The position numbers and the translations under genes were made by a program. Positions 1 through 10,991 of a stretch of 64,000 nucleotides of DNA are shown in pieces. A model generated the notes under the pieces. The model did not search any database, was not told where the DNA came from, and saw nothing but the letters and a program-made list of their open reading frames with translations. The DNA comes from an uncultured bacterium. Its GTDB lineage: Bacteria; Patescibacteriota; Minisyncoccia; Phycocordibacterales; UBA9973. Location of the stretch: contig CAIJZZ010000060.1 of assembly GCA_903825255.1 (NCBI GenBank), positions 5,967-69,966 of the forward strand, written 5' to 3'. Every line of letters begins with the position of its first letter. Position 1 is the first letter of the stretch.

Positions 1-15
1 GAGTAAAATAGGAGT

Positions 16-2997
16 GTGGAAACTTTTGAGAAGGAGTATAAAAAACTAAATAAAGGACAAAAGGAAGCGGTGGAGACGATAGAAGGGCCGGTGATGGTGG
101 TGGCAGGGCCAGGGACGGGGAAGACGCAAGTTTTAGCGCTTCGTATAGGGAACATTTTAAAAAAGACGGATACGAGTCCGGATGGAATTTTATGTTTAAC
201 TTTTACGAATTCTGGAGTGAAAGCAATGCGCGAGCGGTTGCGCAATTATATTGGGGCTACGGCTTCGCATGTAAATATCTCTACTTTTCATAGTTTTGGT
301 ATGCAGATTGTGGAGGAGTTTTATGGAGCGCTTGATTTAGACACTTCACCGAAACTCTTAGATGGCATAGATGCGATAGCTCTCACTGATGAAATTTTGC
401 ACGGCAATGAATGGGAATACTTAAGACCTCGTGGAGATGCGACTCGTTATTTCCGAGATTTAAAGTCCTTAATTTCTATTTTAAAACGTGACCGGATGTC
501 GCCAGAGGACTTTTTAATTGAGATTGAAAGAGATATAAAAAATTTAGAGGAGAATGAAGAAAACATTTCTACTCGCGGCGAGAGTAAAGGGACTCTCAAG
601 AAAGAAGTTTTGAAAAAGATTGAGAGTTTAAATAGAAGTAAAGAAGTGGTGAAGTTTTATGAAATTTATGAGCAAATTAAAAAAGATAAAAATGTTTTTG
701 ATTATGATGATGTTTTAGAAGCAATAGTAAAAATGGTTGAGACATCTGAGGATGTGCGAAATCATATTCGAGAAAAATATTTGTATATTTTAATTGATGA
801 GCATCAAGATTCAAGCGGAGTCCAAAATGAATTTTTGCAAAAAGTTTGGGGTGAAGTGGAGAAGCCAAATATTTTCGTAGTGGGGGATGATAGACAGCTT
901 ATTTATGGTTTCTCAGGCGCTTCGCTTTCATATTTTGAAGGTTTTAAAAATTCTTTTGGCCAAGCGAAATTAATTACACTGCTTGATAATTATCGTTCTA
1001 CACAAGTTATTTTGGATTCCGCGCATATTCTCCTAGAGAGTAAAATGACGAAAGAAAAACTAGTGAGTCATAGTGATGAAACACATCCGATGAGGTTAGT
1101 GGAAGCGGATTATCCACGAGATGAAATTATTGCTTGTGCTCTAGATATCAAAGAAAAAATCAAGATTCATAAAATTGATATTAATGATTGTGCGATTTTA
1201 GTACCGAAGAATAGACAAGCTCGTAGTGCGGCACAAATACTGCACGATATGGATTTACCTGTTTCTTCCTATAATACCTTGCGACTTTTTGACCAAGAAG
1301 AAGCTCAATCATTTTTTAGTATTTTAAAAATAATTAATAATCCATATGACAGCGTTTCTTTAAGCGAATCTTTTTTTGATAAACTCTCTGGCTTGGAACC
1401 CTTAGAGGCGCATAAATTTATTGCTGATGCTGATATGCGAAATTTTTCTTTAGTAGATTTAGTGAAAAATAAAAAACATGATTCATTATTCGCGGATGAT
1501 AAAGCCGAAAATTGGATAAATAAATTAGCAAAATGGTTGAAAGAGTCACAAACCTTGAATGTTTATTCACTGGTGCAATTAGTCGGTGAAGAATTTTTAT
1601 TAGCGGAGGTGAAAGAACATAAAGATTTGATTGAGCGAGTGGAGATTATTCGTACTGTTCTACACCTTATGCTTTCACAGATTGAAAAGAATCCAAAACT
1701 CACTTTGAAAGAATTTTTGATTTTTATTGATCGTTTAGAATCTTATGATGAAGATATTCCACTCGCAGTTTTTGGTGCCGAAGAAGGAGTAAAAATTTTA
1801 ACTCTTCATTCTTCAAAAGGACTAGAGTTTGATTATGTTTGGATTGCTCATTTAGATGAAAGGTCCTTAGTTTCTGGGAAAAAACAAGGTTTTGCTTTAC
1901 CGGAAAAAGTAGCTGAAAAAGTGGGAGAGCGTGATGAAGAGACAATAAAACGTCAGCTTTATGTGGCTATTACCCGTGCCAAGCGCTTCTGTACGCTTTC
2001 TTATGCTATACACTCCTATACAGGCGGAGAACAAGAATTAGCGCATGTAGTGGCTGATTTACCAGCAGACCTTTTCCAGAAGCAGAGTGTTAGTGAAACA
2101 GAAAAAATAATTTTAAAACACAATCCAAAATCTTACATCAAGCCATGGGAAATTATAGAAGAAAAATTTAGTTTACCAGAGCTCACAAAACTGGTCGCTA
2201 AAGAATATGAAGATAGAAATGTTTCAGTTTCTCTGCTTAATAATTTTTTTGAATGTCCTTGGAAATGGTATTTTAGAAATTTACTTCGTTTACCAGAGAT
2301 GCAAAGTGAGAGTTTGGAATTCGGAAATGCCGTGCACGCTTCAATTGATCGGATTTTGAAATTAAATAAAAAACCAAATCAAAAAGAAGTGGAAGAAATA
2401 GTGAATACTGAAGTTTTGAAACGCAAATATGGCAATGAGCAGAAACAAAAATCAATGCAAAAAGAAGTATTTGAAATTGTTTCTAAGTGGGTCAAGAATC
2501 GTTTAAGTGAAATCAAAATGGGTTATGAAAATGAAAAAAGTATTTCCGTAAAAGATGATCGATTTCCACATTTGAATATTTATGGCAAAATCGATTTAAT
2601 TGAGACTTTAGATAAAGAAAATGTCAGGGTAACAGATTTCAAGACTGGTGGAGTTCGTAAAAAATCTGACATAGAAAAAGTTGATGACGAAGGTAAAATG
2701 AGTGGCTATATGCGTCAGCTTGCGATGTATTCATATTTAATAAGTGAAAGTAGGAAAAATAAAGTGCAGGTTCGGGAGTCACGATTAGAATTTCTAGAAG
2801 CGAAGACAGAAAAAGAAATTTTTTATGATACCGTAATTAATCAAGATAAAATTGATTTATTAATAGAAGACATAAAAGATTATGATGCTTTAGTGAAAAA
2901 AGGGGATTGGTTAAACAGGCCCTGCAATTACAATTCTTATGGTAAAAATACCGAATGCGAATATTGTAAACGAGCTGAGATATACAAAAATCCCTAG
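16..2997 (+). CDS. UvrD/PcrA-type SF1 DNA helicase fused to a C-terminal Cas4/AddB-like PD-(D/E)XK nuclease with 4 Cys
   Basis: 993-aa ORF with GTG start; an in-frame TAA at 4-6 blocks upstream extension. Helicase motifs AGPGTGKT, LIDEHQDS, VVGDDRQLIYGF, LHSSKGLEFD, YVAITRAK. C-terminal nuclease pattern FECPWKWYF...GKIDLIE...DFKTG...QLAMYSY and terminal CNYNSYGKNTECEYC. Confidence 0.85.
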   Translation: METFEKEYKKLNKGQKEAVETIEGPVMVVAGPGTGKTQVLALRIGNILKKTDTSPDGILCLTFTNSGVKAMRERLRNYIGATASHVNISTFHSFGMQIVEEFYGALDLDTSPKLLDGIDAIALTDEILHGNEWEYLRPRGDATRYFRDLKSLISILKRDRMSPEDFLIEIERDIKNLEENEENISTRGESKGTLKKEVLKKIESLNRSKEVVKFYEIYEQIKKDKNVFDYDDVLEAIVKMVETSEDVRNHIREKYLYILIDEHQDSSGVQNEFLQKVWGEVEKPNIFVVGDDRQLIYGFSGASLSYFEGFKNSFGQAKLITLLDNYRSTQVILDSAHILLESKMTKEKLVSHSDETHPMRLVEADYPRDEIIACALDIKEKIKIHKIDINDCAILVPKNRQARSAAQILHDMDLPVSSYNTLRLFDQEEAQSFFSILKIINNPYDSVSLSESFFDKLSGLEPLEAHKFIADADMRNFSLVDLVKNKKHDSLFADDKAENWINKLAKWLKESQTLNVYSLVQLVGEEFLLAEVKEHKDLIERVEIIRTVLHLMLSQIEKNPKLTLKEFLIFIDRLESYDEDIPLAVFGAEEGVKILTLHSSKGLEFDYVWIAHLDERSLVSGKKQGFALPEKVAEKVGERDEETIKRQLYVAITRAKRFCTLSYAIHSYTGGEQELAHVVADLPADLFQKQSVSETEKIILKHNPKSYIKPWEIIEEKFSLPELTKLVAKEYEDRNVSVSLLNNFFECPWKWYFRNLLRLPEMQSESLEFGNAVHASIDRILKLNKKPNQKEVEEIVNTEVLKRKYGNEQKQKSMQKEVFEIVSKWVKNRLSEIKMGYENEKSISVKDDRFPHLNIYGKIDLIETLDKENVRVTDFKTGGVRKKSDIEKVDDEGKMSGYMRQLAMYSYLISESRKNKVQVRESRLEFLEAKTEKEIFYDTVINQDKIDLLIEDIKDYDALVKKGDWLNRPCNYNSYGKNTECEYCKRAEIYKNP

Positions 2998-3252
2998 GAA
3001 AGACCTAAGGGTTTTAAAATAGTGGTCTTGGGCCATTATCCAGCCAGCCTAAATAGAAGCCTAGAATAAGGAAAAAAGTGATAAGGATGATTAAAATCCA
3101 GTAAGTTTTTCGCATCCCATTAGAAATTTAAATTAATAAACATATTATGATTATATCATGTCCAAGAATTTCTAACGGGACACGTGTTTTAATTATAACT
3201 CAAATATGATATATTTTATAGATTAATAGTTTAATTAATTTTAATTATTTAT

Positions 3253-3492
3253 ATGTCAGATGAAAATAAAGGAGATTTAATACATGGTTTTAATATTGAT
3301 TCAGGTGGGCACTCTCATGCTGCAAGTTATATGGAAACTCATATGAACGAACAACAAGTGAAAGAAATGGTTAAAAGAGCTGAGAGTGGGCATGGGGCAG
3401 ATTTTTTAGTTGAGCATAATGGTCAAAAATCTAATTTTAAACTAGAGCACCATGATGGTAGATTAGAAATTCATGATGCGCATATTAAATAA
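3253..3492 (+). CDS. hypothetical small His-rich protein (79 aa)
   Basis: ATG ORF after a 255-bp AT-rich spacer. 11 His in 79 aa. No family motif recognised. C-terminal F.LE...G pattern shared with the next ORF. Confidence 0.45.
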   Translation: MSDENKGDLIHGFNIDSGGHSHAASYMETHMNEQQVKEMVKRAESGHGADFLVEHNGQKSNFKLEHHDGRLEIHDAHIK

Positions 3493-3525
3493 TAGCTAAT
3501 AAAAAGAAGTAATTTGTTATTATTT

Positions 3526-3762
3526 ATGTCTGATTTAGTTATTCATAATATTAATGTTTCTTATGATGAATCTGATGAGAGAATCAGAAACTTTGTGAAA
3601 TATTTAAAAAGTGATATACGAAAAGAAGAAATGAAAGATTATTTTGAAAAAGTTAAAAATACCAAAGATAAAAAAATAAATATTAATGATAGTTTTGATA
3701 ATGAATTTACTTTAGAATATATCAATGGATATAATTGTTTCTTAAAATTAAGAGGAATGTAA
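3526..3762 (+). CDS. hypothetical small protein (78 aa)
   Basis: ORF track gives 3514 (TTG). ATG at 3526 gives MSDLVIHN, the same MSD start as the preceding ORF. Stop lies 1 nt before the pheS start. Confidence 0.45.
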   Translation: MSDLVIHNINVSYDESDERIRNFVKYLKSDIRKEEMKDYFEKVKNTKDKKININDSFDNEFTLEYINGYNCFLKLRGM

Positions 3763-3763
3763 A

Positions 3764-4480
3764 ATGGAAAATAGTAATGAAATAAAAAGAGGTAGGGAGC
3801 ATCCGCTTTCAGTAATAATAAATGACGCAGTCAGAATTTTTTCTGAATTAGGCTTTGAAGTGGCGACTGGACCTGAGATGGAGGACATCTGGCACAATTT
3901 TGACGCGCTCAATGTCCCTAAAGATCATCCAGCTCGTGACATGCAAGACACTTTTTATATTAAAGGAGAAAAGGATAAAGTTTTAAGAACGCATACTTCT
4001 TCAGTTCAGATTCGCTTTATGGAAAATTTTGCGAAATCTGGCAAGAAGCCACCGTTTGCGATTATTGCTCCTGGAAAAGTTTTTAGAAATGAAGCTACCG
4101 ATGCTTTTCACGAAACACAATTTTATCAGATCGAAGGATTGGTAATTGGTGAATATATTAATTTATCTCATTTAAAAGGAGTTTTATCTCATTTTTATAA
4201 AAAAATGTTGGGTAGCGATACGAATCTTCGTTTTCGACCAAGTTTTTTTCCTTTTACTGAACCGTCAATTGAGTTTGATTTAAAATATAATGGTAAATGG
4301 TTAGAGATGGGTGGAGCAGGCATGGTTCATCCGAATGTTTTAAAAAAATGTGGGATTGATGGAGATAAGTATCAAGGTTTTGCTTTTGGCCCAGGGCTTG
4401 AGAGGTTGATGGTTATAAAATACGGCATGCCAGATATTCGTCCAGCTTATCATGGAGATTTAAGATTTAATCAAATTTAA
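3764..4480 (+). CDS. pheS: phenylalanine--tRNA ligase alpha subunit, catalytic core only (238 aa)
   Basis: Class II aaRS motifs HPARDMQDTFY, FRNEATDAFHETQFYQIEG, FRPSFFPFTEPS, GFAFGPGLERL. Lacks the N-terminal coiled coil of typical ~330-aa PheS. Confidence 0.93.
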   Translation: MENSNEIKRGREHPLSVIINDAVRIFSELGFEVATGPEMEDIWHNFDALNVPKDHPARDMQDTFYIKGEKDKVLRTHTSSVQIRFMENFAKSGKKPPFAIIAPGKVFRNEATDAFHETQFYQIEGLVIGEYINLSHLKGVLSHFYKKMLGSDTNLRFRPSFFPFTEPSIEFDLKYNGKWLEMGGAGMVHPNVLKKCGIDGDKYQGFAFGPGLERLMVIKYGMPDIRPAYHGDLRFNQI

Positions 4481-4484
4481 AAAA

Positions 4485-6380
4485 ATGAAATTCAGTTACA
4501 ATTGGTTGCAAAATTATTTTAAAGAAAAATTACCGAGCCCGGAGGAAGTTGCGGAAGGGATTATTTTTCATTCTTTTGAAGTAGATGAAATAGAAAAAGT
4601 GGGGGATGATACTATTTTTGATATAAAAATCTTACCTGACAGGGCACATGATTGTCTTTCACATTGGGGTGTGGCAAAAGAAATCGGAGCGATTTTTAGT
4701 TTGGAAATTTTTTCACCAAATGGCTTTTTTCAGGTCCTCGGTTCTCCTTCGTCTGCTTCGCAGACTCGGCCAGACCATTCAAAAAGCCATATTGGTTCAG
4801 AATTAGAAATTAAAATTGAAGATAAAAAGTGTTTGCGTTATATGGGGAGAATTGTGAGAAATATTAAGATAGGGGAAAGTCCAGAATGGCTCCAAAAAAA
4901 GTTGAATGCGATAGGGCAAAAATCTATAAATAACATTGTCGATGCGACCAATTTTGTGATGTTTGATTTAGGTCAGCCGATTCATGCTTTTGATTTAGAT
5001 AAATTGGCCAGCGAAAAAATAATAATTAGAAATGGAAAGATGGGAGAAAAGATTACCACTCTTGATAAAAAAAATATTGATTTAGATGAATCAATGCTAG
5101 TAATAACAGATGAAAAAGAACCTTTAGCTATTGCTGGGATTAAGGGTGGAAATAAAGCAGAAGTTGATGTAAATACAAAAAATATAATTATAGAGGTAGC
5201 AAATTTTGAAGCTATTAGTACCCGAAGGACTGCTAAGAAAATAAATATTTTAACTGACGCAGTAAAAAGATATGAAAATGAAATTTCACCAGAACTTTGT
5301 GAAATAGTTATAAAAGCAATAACTGATTTAATTTATAATTTAGCAGGTGGAGAAATAGAAGAAATTGTTGATATTTATCCACAAAAACAAGAGCAAAAAA
5401 ATATTATTATTTCTGTTGATTACATAAATAAAAGACTTGGGACTTCTTTTACAAAAAGTGAAATTGAGAGTGTTTGGAAAAAATTAAATTTTGAATATAT
5501 TGAAAAGCAGGATGAATTTGAAATAAAAATACCATTTTTACGTATTGATCTTATCGGGCCACATGATTTAACAGAGGAAGTTGTTAGAATTTTAGGCTAT
5601 GAAAAAATCGAAGAAAAAATACCAGAAGTAAAATATGAAAAAGAAATTAATAAAAATTATTTTCAGACGCTTTCTGTTCGAGAAAAACTTTTAAATGAAG
5701 GCTATAGTGAAGTGATGACTTATGCTTTTAGGGATAAAGGAGAAGTAGAAGTATTAGCTTCAGCTTCCGATAAAAAGTTTTTAAGAACTAATTTAACTGA
5801 TGGGTTAAAAGAAAGTTTGAAGTTGAATCAGCTCAATTTGCCATTTTTAGAAATGAAGGAAATTAAAATTTTTGAAATTGGGACAATATTCAAAAAAGAC
5901 TCAGAAGAAATACATGTGGCATATGGTGATAAAAAAGAAATAAAAGAAATGAGCCTGGAAGATTTTTGTAAGAACGCCGAGCCTAATGCTTTTGTTACGT
6001 CTGAAGCACCGTATGTCTTTTCTGAATGGTCTGGCCGAGCCAAAGGCGAGGAGGACCGAGGACCTGAAGAAAAGATTTACGGCGCGGAAAATAAATTTAA
6101 AATGTGGTCTGTGTATCCATTTATTTCTCGTGATGTTGCCGTGTGGTTAGGAGAAGGAGAAGACCCAGAAAAATTAAAACAAATTTTAATTAAAAATGGC
6201 ACGGAGCTTTTAGTTAAAGAACCTTATCTTTTTGATTCATTTACTAAAGAAGGGAAAACGTCTTATGCTTTCAGGCTTATTTTCCAATCATATGACAGGA
6301 CTCTCACTGATGAAGAGATAAATCCAATTATGGTAAAAATAAAACAAGAAATAGAGAAAAAAGGTTGGCAAATTCGTTAG
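4485..6380 (+). CDS. pheT: phenylalanine--tRNA ligase beta subunit (631 aa, shortened)
   Basis: MKFSYNWLQNYF start typical of PheT. B3/4 motif DATNFVMFDLGQPIHAFD. C-terminal FISRDVAVWL...SYAFRLIFQS domain. Lies directly after pheS. Contains two GC-rich in-frame insertions (see repeats). Confidence 0.9.
   Translation: MKFSYNWLQNYFKEKLPSPEEVAEGIIFHSFEVDEIEKVGDDTIFDIKILPDRAHDCLSHWGVAKEIGAIFSLEIFSPNGFFQVLGSPSSASQTRPDHSKSHIGSELEIKIEDKKCLRYMGRIVRNIKIGESPEWLQKKLNAIGQKSINNIVDATNFVMFDLGQPIHAFDLDKLASEKIIIRNGKMGEKITTLDKKNIDLDESMLVITDEKEPLAIAGIKGGNKAEVDVNTKNIIIEVANFEAISTRRTAKKINILTDAVKRYENEISPELCEIVIKAITDLIYNLAGGEIEEIVDIYPQKQEQKNIIISVDYINKRLGTSFTKSEIESVWKKLNFEYIEKQDEFEIKIPFLRIDLIGPHDLTEEVVRILGYEKIEEKIPEVKYEKEINKNYFQTLSVREKLLNEGYSEVMTYAFRDKGEVEVLASASDKKFLRTNLTDGLKESLKLNQLNLPFLEMKEIKIFEIGTIFKKDSEEIHVAYGDKKEIKEMSLEDFCKNAEPNAFVTSEAPYVFSEWSGRAKGEEDRGPEEKIYGAENKFKMWSVYPFISRDVAVWLGEGEDPEKLKQILIKNGTELLVKEPYLFDSFTKEGKTSYAFRLIFQSYDRTLTDEEINPIMVKIKQEIEKKGWQIR
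4720..4790. repeat. GC-rich element bounded by inverted repeats (long variant), in frame in pheT, forward orientation
   Basis: Perfect 10-nt terminal inverted repeat ATGGCTTTTT / AAAAAGCCAT. Core contains GGTCCTCGGT ... GTCTGC-TTC-GCAGAC hairpin ... GGCCAGACCA. Encodes FFQVLGSPSSASQTRPDHSK. Confidence 0.7.
6016..6075. repeat. GC-rich element bounded by inverted repeats (long variant), in frame in pheT, reverse orientation
   Basis: Termini TCTTTTCT / AGAAAAGA. Its reverse complement reads CAGGTCCTCGGTCCTCC...CTCGGCCAGACCATTCAG, colinear with the 4720-4790 copy. Encodes SEWSGRAKGEEDRGPEEK. Confidence 0.7.
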
Positions 6381-6400
6381 TTTATTAGTATAATATACCC

Positions 6401-7942
6401 ATGTCCCTCAGACATTTTTTCAAGAAGAATCTTCTGACTATTTTTAGCGTTCTTTTTTTAATTCTTTTCTCCTTTGTCTTAAATGCTTATGCTACACCAC
6501 CGGACTCTCCCTTTACTCCTGGCGAAACTTTAAACCCAGCCTGTGCTCCCACAGATACAAATTGTAAAGTTGGCATAAGTTCTTTTTCTGGTTGGGGGCT
6601 CACTGGGAATTCAGGCACTGACCCAGCTACCAACTTTATCGGTACGACGGATGATGTACCGTTAGTTTTTAAAGAAAATAATAAAATTGTGGGAAAAATA
6701 GATGAAAATTCAGAAAATATATTTTTTGGTCGTACACAAAATACTGGTGGTACGGGTTCTTTTAATTCTGCATTTGGATCTGATGCTCTATATAGTATTA
6801 CTACTGGAATAGGTAATACTGCTATTGGTTCAAAATCTCTTTCGTCTAATACAGAAGGAAATAATAATACTGTCGTTGGATTTGGTTCACTTAATCGAAA
6901 TATTGGTGGTGGTAGAAATATTGCCTTAGGTAATAATGCAGGTTATTATGAAACTGGTTCAGACAATTTATATATTGATAATCAATCGAGGGCTGACGAA
7001 GCAGACGGTCGTCTTAAATCACTTATTTATGGAAAGTTCGGTGTTGATGTGTTAGGCCAATTTGTTAATATTAATGGAGCCTTAGGAATTATTGATTCAA
7101 ATGGCAGTTATTATTCTATATTTAGAGGTGGTTCTCAGTTAGAAGAGATTTCTTACACTTTACCTGTGACGCAAGGCGGAATAAATACTTTTCTAGAAAA
7201 TGATGGTTCGGGAGTTTTAACTTGGGCTTCAGGTGGTACAGTGGCTAATGCTTGGGATATTTCTGGGAATGCAGGCACTATAGATGGTTCCAATTTCATT
7301 GGAACAAAAGATGACGTACCACTAACTTTCAAGGTTAATAATGAATTAGCTGGAAGGATAGATAATACATTAGAAAATATATTTTTGGGCTATCAAGCTG
7401 GAAATTTAAACATTACAGGGTCTTACAATGTTGCTATTGGTACACAAGCTTTTAATATTGATACGACAGGAAGTAATAATGTTGCCATAGGTCAAGAGAC
7501 ACTTTATTATAATACTACAGGTAGTTCTAATGTTGGTGTTGGGGAAGGATCTCTTGGCTCAAATAGCACTGGAGATAATAATGTTGCTATAGGCGAAGGA
7601 ACACTTTTTACAAATACAGGCAGTAATAATGTTGCTTTAGGTGGTTCTGCTGGATATTATGAAACCACTTCAAATAATTTATACATTGATAATCAAGAAA
7701 GAGGTAGTGAAGCAGAGGGGAGACTTAAATCATTAATTTATGGAAAATTTGATGCAGATCCAGCTAATCAGTTTGTGACAATTAATGGAAAATTAAATGT
7801 GAGTAATGGAGATGTATATGTGGAAAATAGTGCGAATGGAATAATTTTAAAGTCAGCAACCGATAATCATTGTGCTCGGGTAACTTTAACCGGAGCTTCT
7901 GGATCAGATGCACTTAATTATGCAGATATCACTTGTCCATAA
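6401..7942 (+). CDS. secreted or anchored repeat protein with internal two-fold duplication (adhesin / tail-fibre-like Gly-Asn repeats)
   Basis: N-terminal hydrophobic signal (LLTIFSVLFLILFSFVLNAYA). Two ~180-aa homologous halves. Each half has NFIGT.DDVPL.FK.NN..G.ID...ENIF.G, then degenerate G..N.A.G repeats, then LYIDNQ.R..EA.GRLKSLIYGKF. Confidence 0.6.
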   Translation: MSLRHFFKKNLLTIFSVLFLILFSFVLNAYATPPDSPFTPGETLNPACAPTDTNCKVGISSFSGWGLTGNSGTDPATNFIGTTDDVPLVFKENNKIVGKIDENSENIFFGRTQNTGGTGSFNSAFGSDALYSITTGIGNTAIGSKSLSSNTEGNNNTVVGFGSLNRNIGGGRNIALGNNAGYYETGSDNLYIDNQSRADEADGRLKSLIYGKFGVDVLGQFVNINGALGIIDSNGSYYSIFRGGSQLEEISYTLPVTQGGINTFLENDGSGVLTWASGGTVANAWDISGNAGTIDGSNFIGTKDDVPLTFKVNNELAGRIDNTLENIFLGYQAGNLNITGSYNVAIGTQAFNIDTTGSNNVAIGQETLYYNTTGSSNVGVGEGSLGSNSTGDNNVAIGEGTLFTNTGSNNVALGGSAGYYETTSNNLYIDNQERGSEAEGRLKSLIYGKFDADPANQFVTINGKLNVSNGDVYVENSANGIILKSATDNHCARVTLTGASGSDALNYADITCP

Positions 7943-7949
7943 TTTTTAT

Positions 7950-8342
7950 ATGAATTTTATTAAAGAAAAAAAAAGATTTTCAATTATTGCCCGAATTAAA
8001 AGTGCTAATCATGCTTGGAGGGGTTTAGGTATTTTATTTAAAACTACCCATAATTTTTGGGGACATATATTTTTTGGTATACTAGCAATTTATCTAGGTT
8101 TTATTTTAAATATTTCAAATATTGAATGGGTGCTTTTAGTATTCACAATTGGCTTAGTAATTATTACAGAGGCTCTAAATACAGCTTTTGAAATTGATAT
8201 TGATTTAACTAGTCCGAATTATCATCCTTATGCTCGTGACACAAAAGATGTAGCAGCGGCGGCAGTGTTATTATCTGTCTTTGTTTCAATAGTAGTAGCA
8301 TTAATTATTTTTCTACCTAAAATTTTATTATTAGTTTATTAA
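7950..8342 (+). CDS. dgkA: diacylglycerol / undecaprenol kinase family membrane protein
   Basis: ORF track start 7908 overlaps the upstream gene; ATG at 7950 preferred. Motifs ANHAWRGL and ITEALNTAFE, with three hydrophobic segments. Confidence 0.8.
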   Translation: MNFIKEKKRFSIIARIKSANHAWRGLGILFKTTHNFWGHIFFGILAIYLGFILNISNIEWVLLVFTIGLVIITEALNTAFEIDIDLTSPNYHPYARDTKDVAAAAVLLSVFVSIVVALIIFLPKILLLVY

Positions 8343-8379
8343 AATTGCACGTTTTTTTGTTTATGCTATAATTTAAATT

Positions 8380-8787
8380 ATGAAAATTTCACAAAAGAAA
8401 ATATTTTTTATTGTAATTATAATATTAGTTTTAGGAGTATTGGCTGCTATTTTAGTTAATGGTTCTCATAAGAATGTATCAAATAAATATGATGCTTTTG
8501 CTTCTTGTATAAAAGAAAAAGGAGTCATTTTTTATGGTGCTTTTTGGTGTGCACACTGTAATGCTACAAAAGAATTCTTTGGATCTTCTCAAAAATTATT
8601 ACCTTATGTTGAATGTTCTGCTCCCGATGGTCAAGCTCAAACACAAGAATGTATAGATAAAAAAATCACAGGTTACCCGACTTGGGTCTTTGCTGATGGT
8701 TCACGCATAAATGGTGAAATTATAGAACAAAACACAAAAAATCTTCAAATTTTAGCAGACAAGACTTCTTGTATATTACCTAAATAA
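8380..8787 (+). CDS. membrane-anchored thioredoxin-fold protein (CxxC)
   Basis: N-terminal TM helix. FYGAFWCAHCNATKEFF CxxC motif. GYPTW cis-Pro-like loop. Confidence 0.65.
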   Translation: MKISQKKIFFIVIIILVLGVLAAILVNGSHKNVSNKYDAFASCIKEKGVIFYGAFWCAHCNATKEFFGSSQKLLPYVECSAPDGQAQTQECIDKKITGYPTWVFADGSRINGEIIEQNTKNLQILADKTSCILPK

Positions 8788-8850
8788 ATATTAGATTTAT
8801 TCTATTAAAACCGTTTTGTTTTTGATAGTTTTTCTGCTATAATATATTAA

Positions 8851-10980
<2,130 letters not shown>

Positions 10981-10991
10981 AAAGTTTAATT

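Noticed and set aside
3014-3115. 33-codon minus-strand ORF (MRKTYWILIILITFFLILGFYLGWLDNGPRPLF), a possible small membrane peptide. The nearby GGTCTTGGGCCA resembles the GGTCTGGGGCCA core of the 49-bp element.
   Set aside because: It has no convincing SD and is too short to support without conservation data. The similarity to the repeat core is only ~12 nt plus a gapped CCAGC, which is not enough to call a degenerate copy.
6401-7942. Possible diversity-generating retroelement target (two similar DNA repeats within one surface-protein gene)
   Set aside because: Differences between the repeats involve all base types rather than adenine-specific changes. No reverse transcriptase or template repeat is present in the window.
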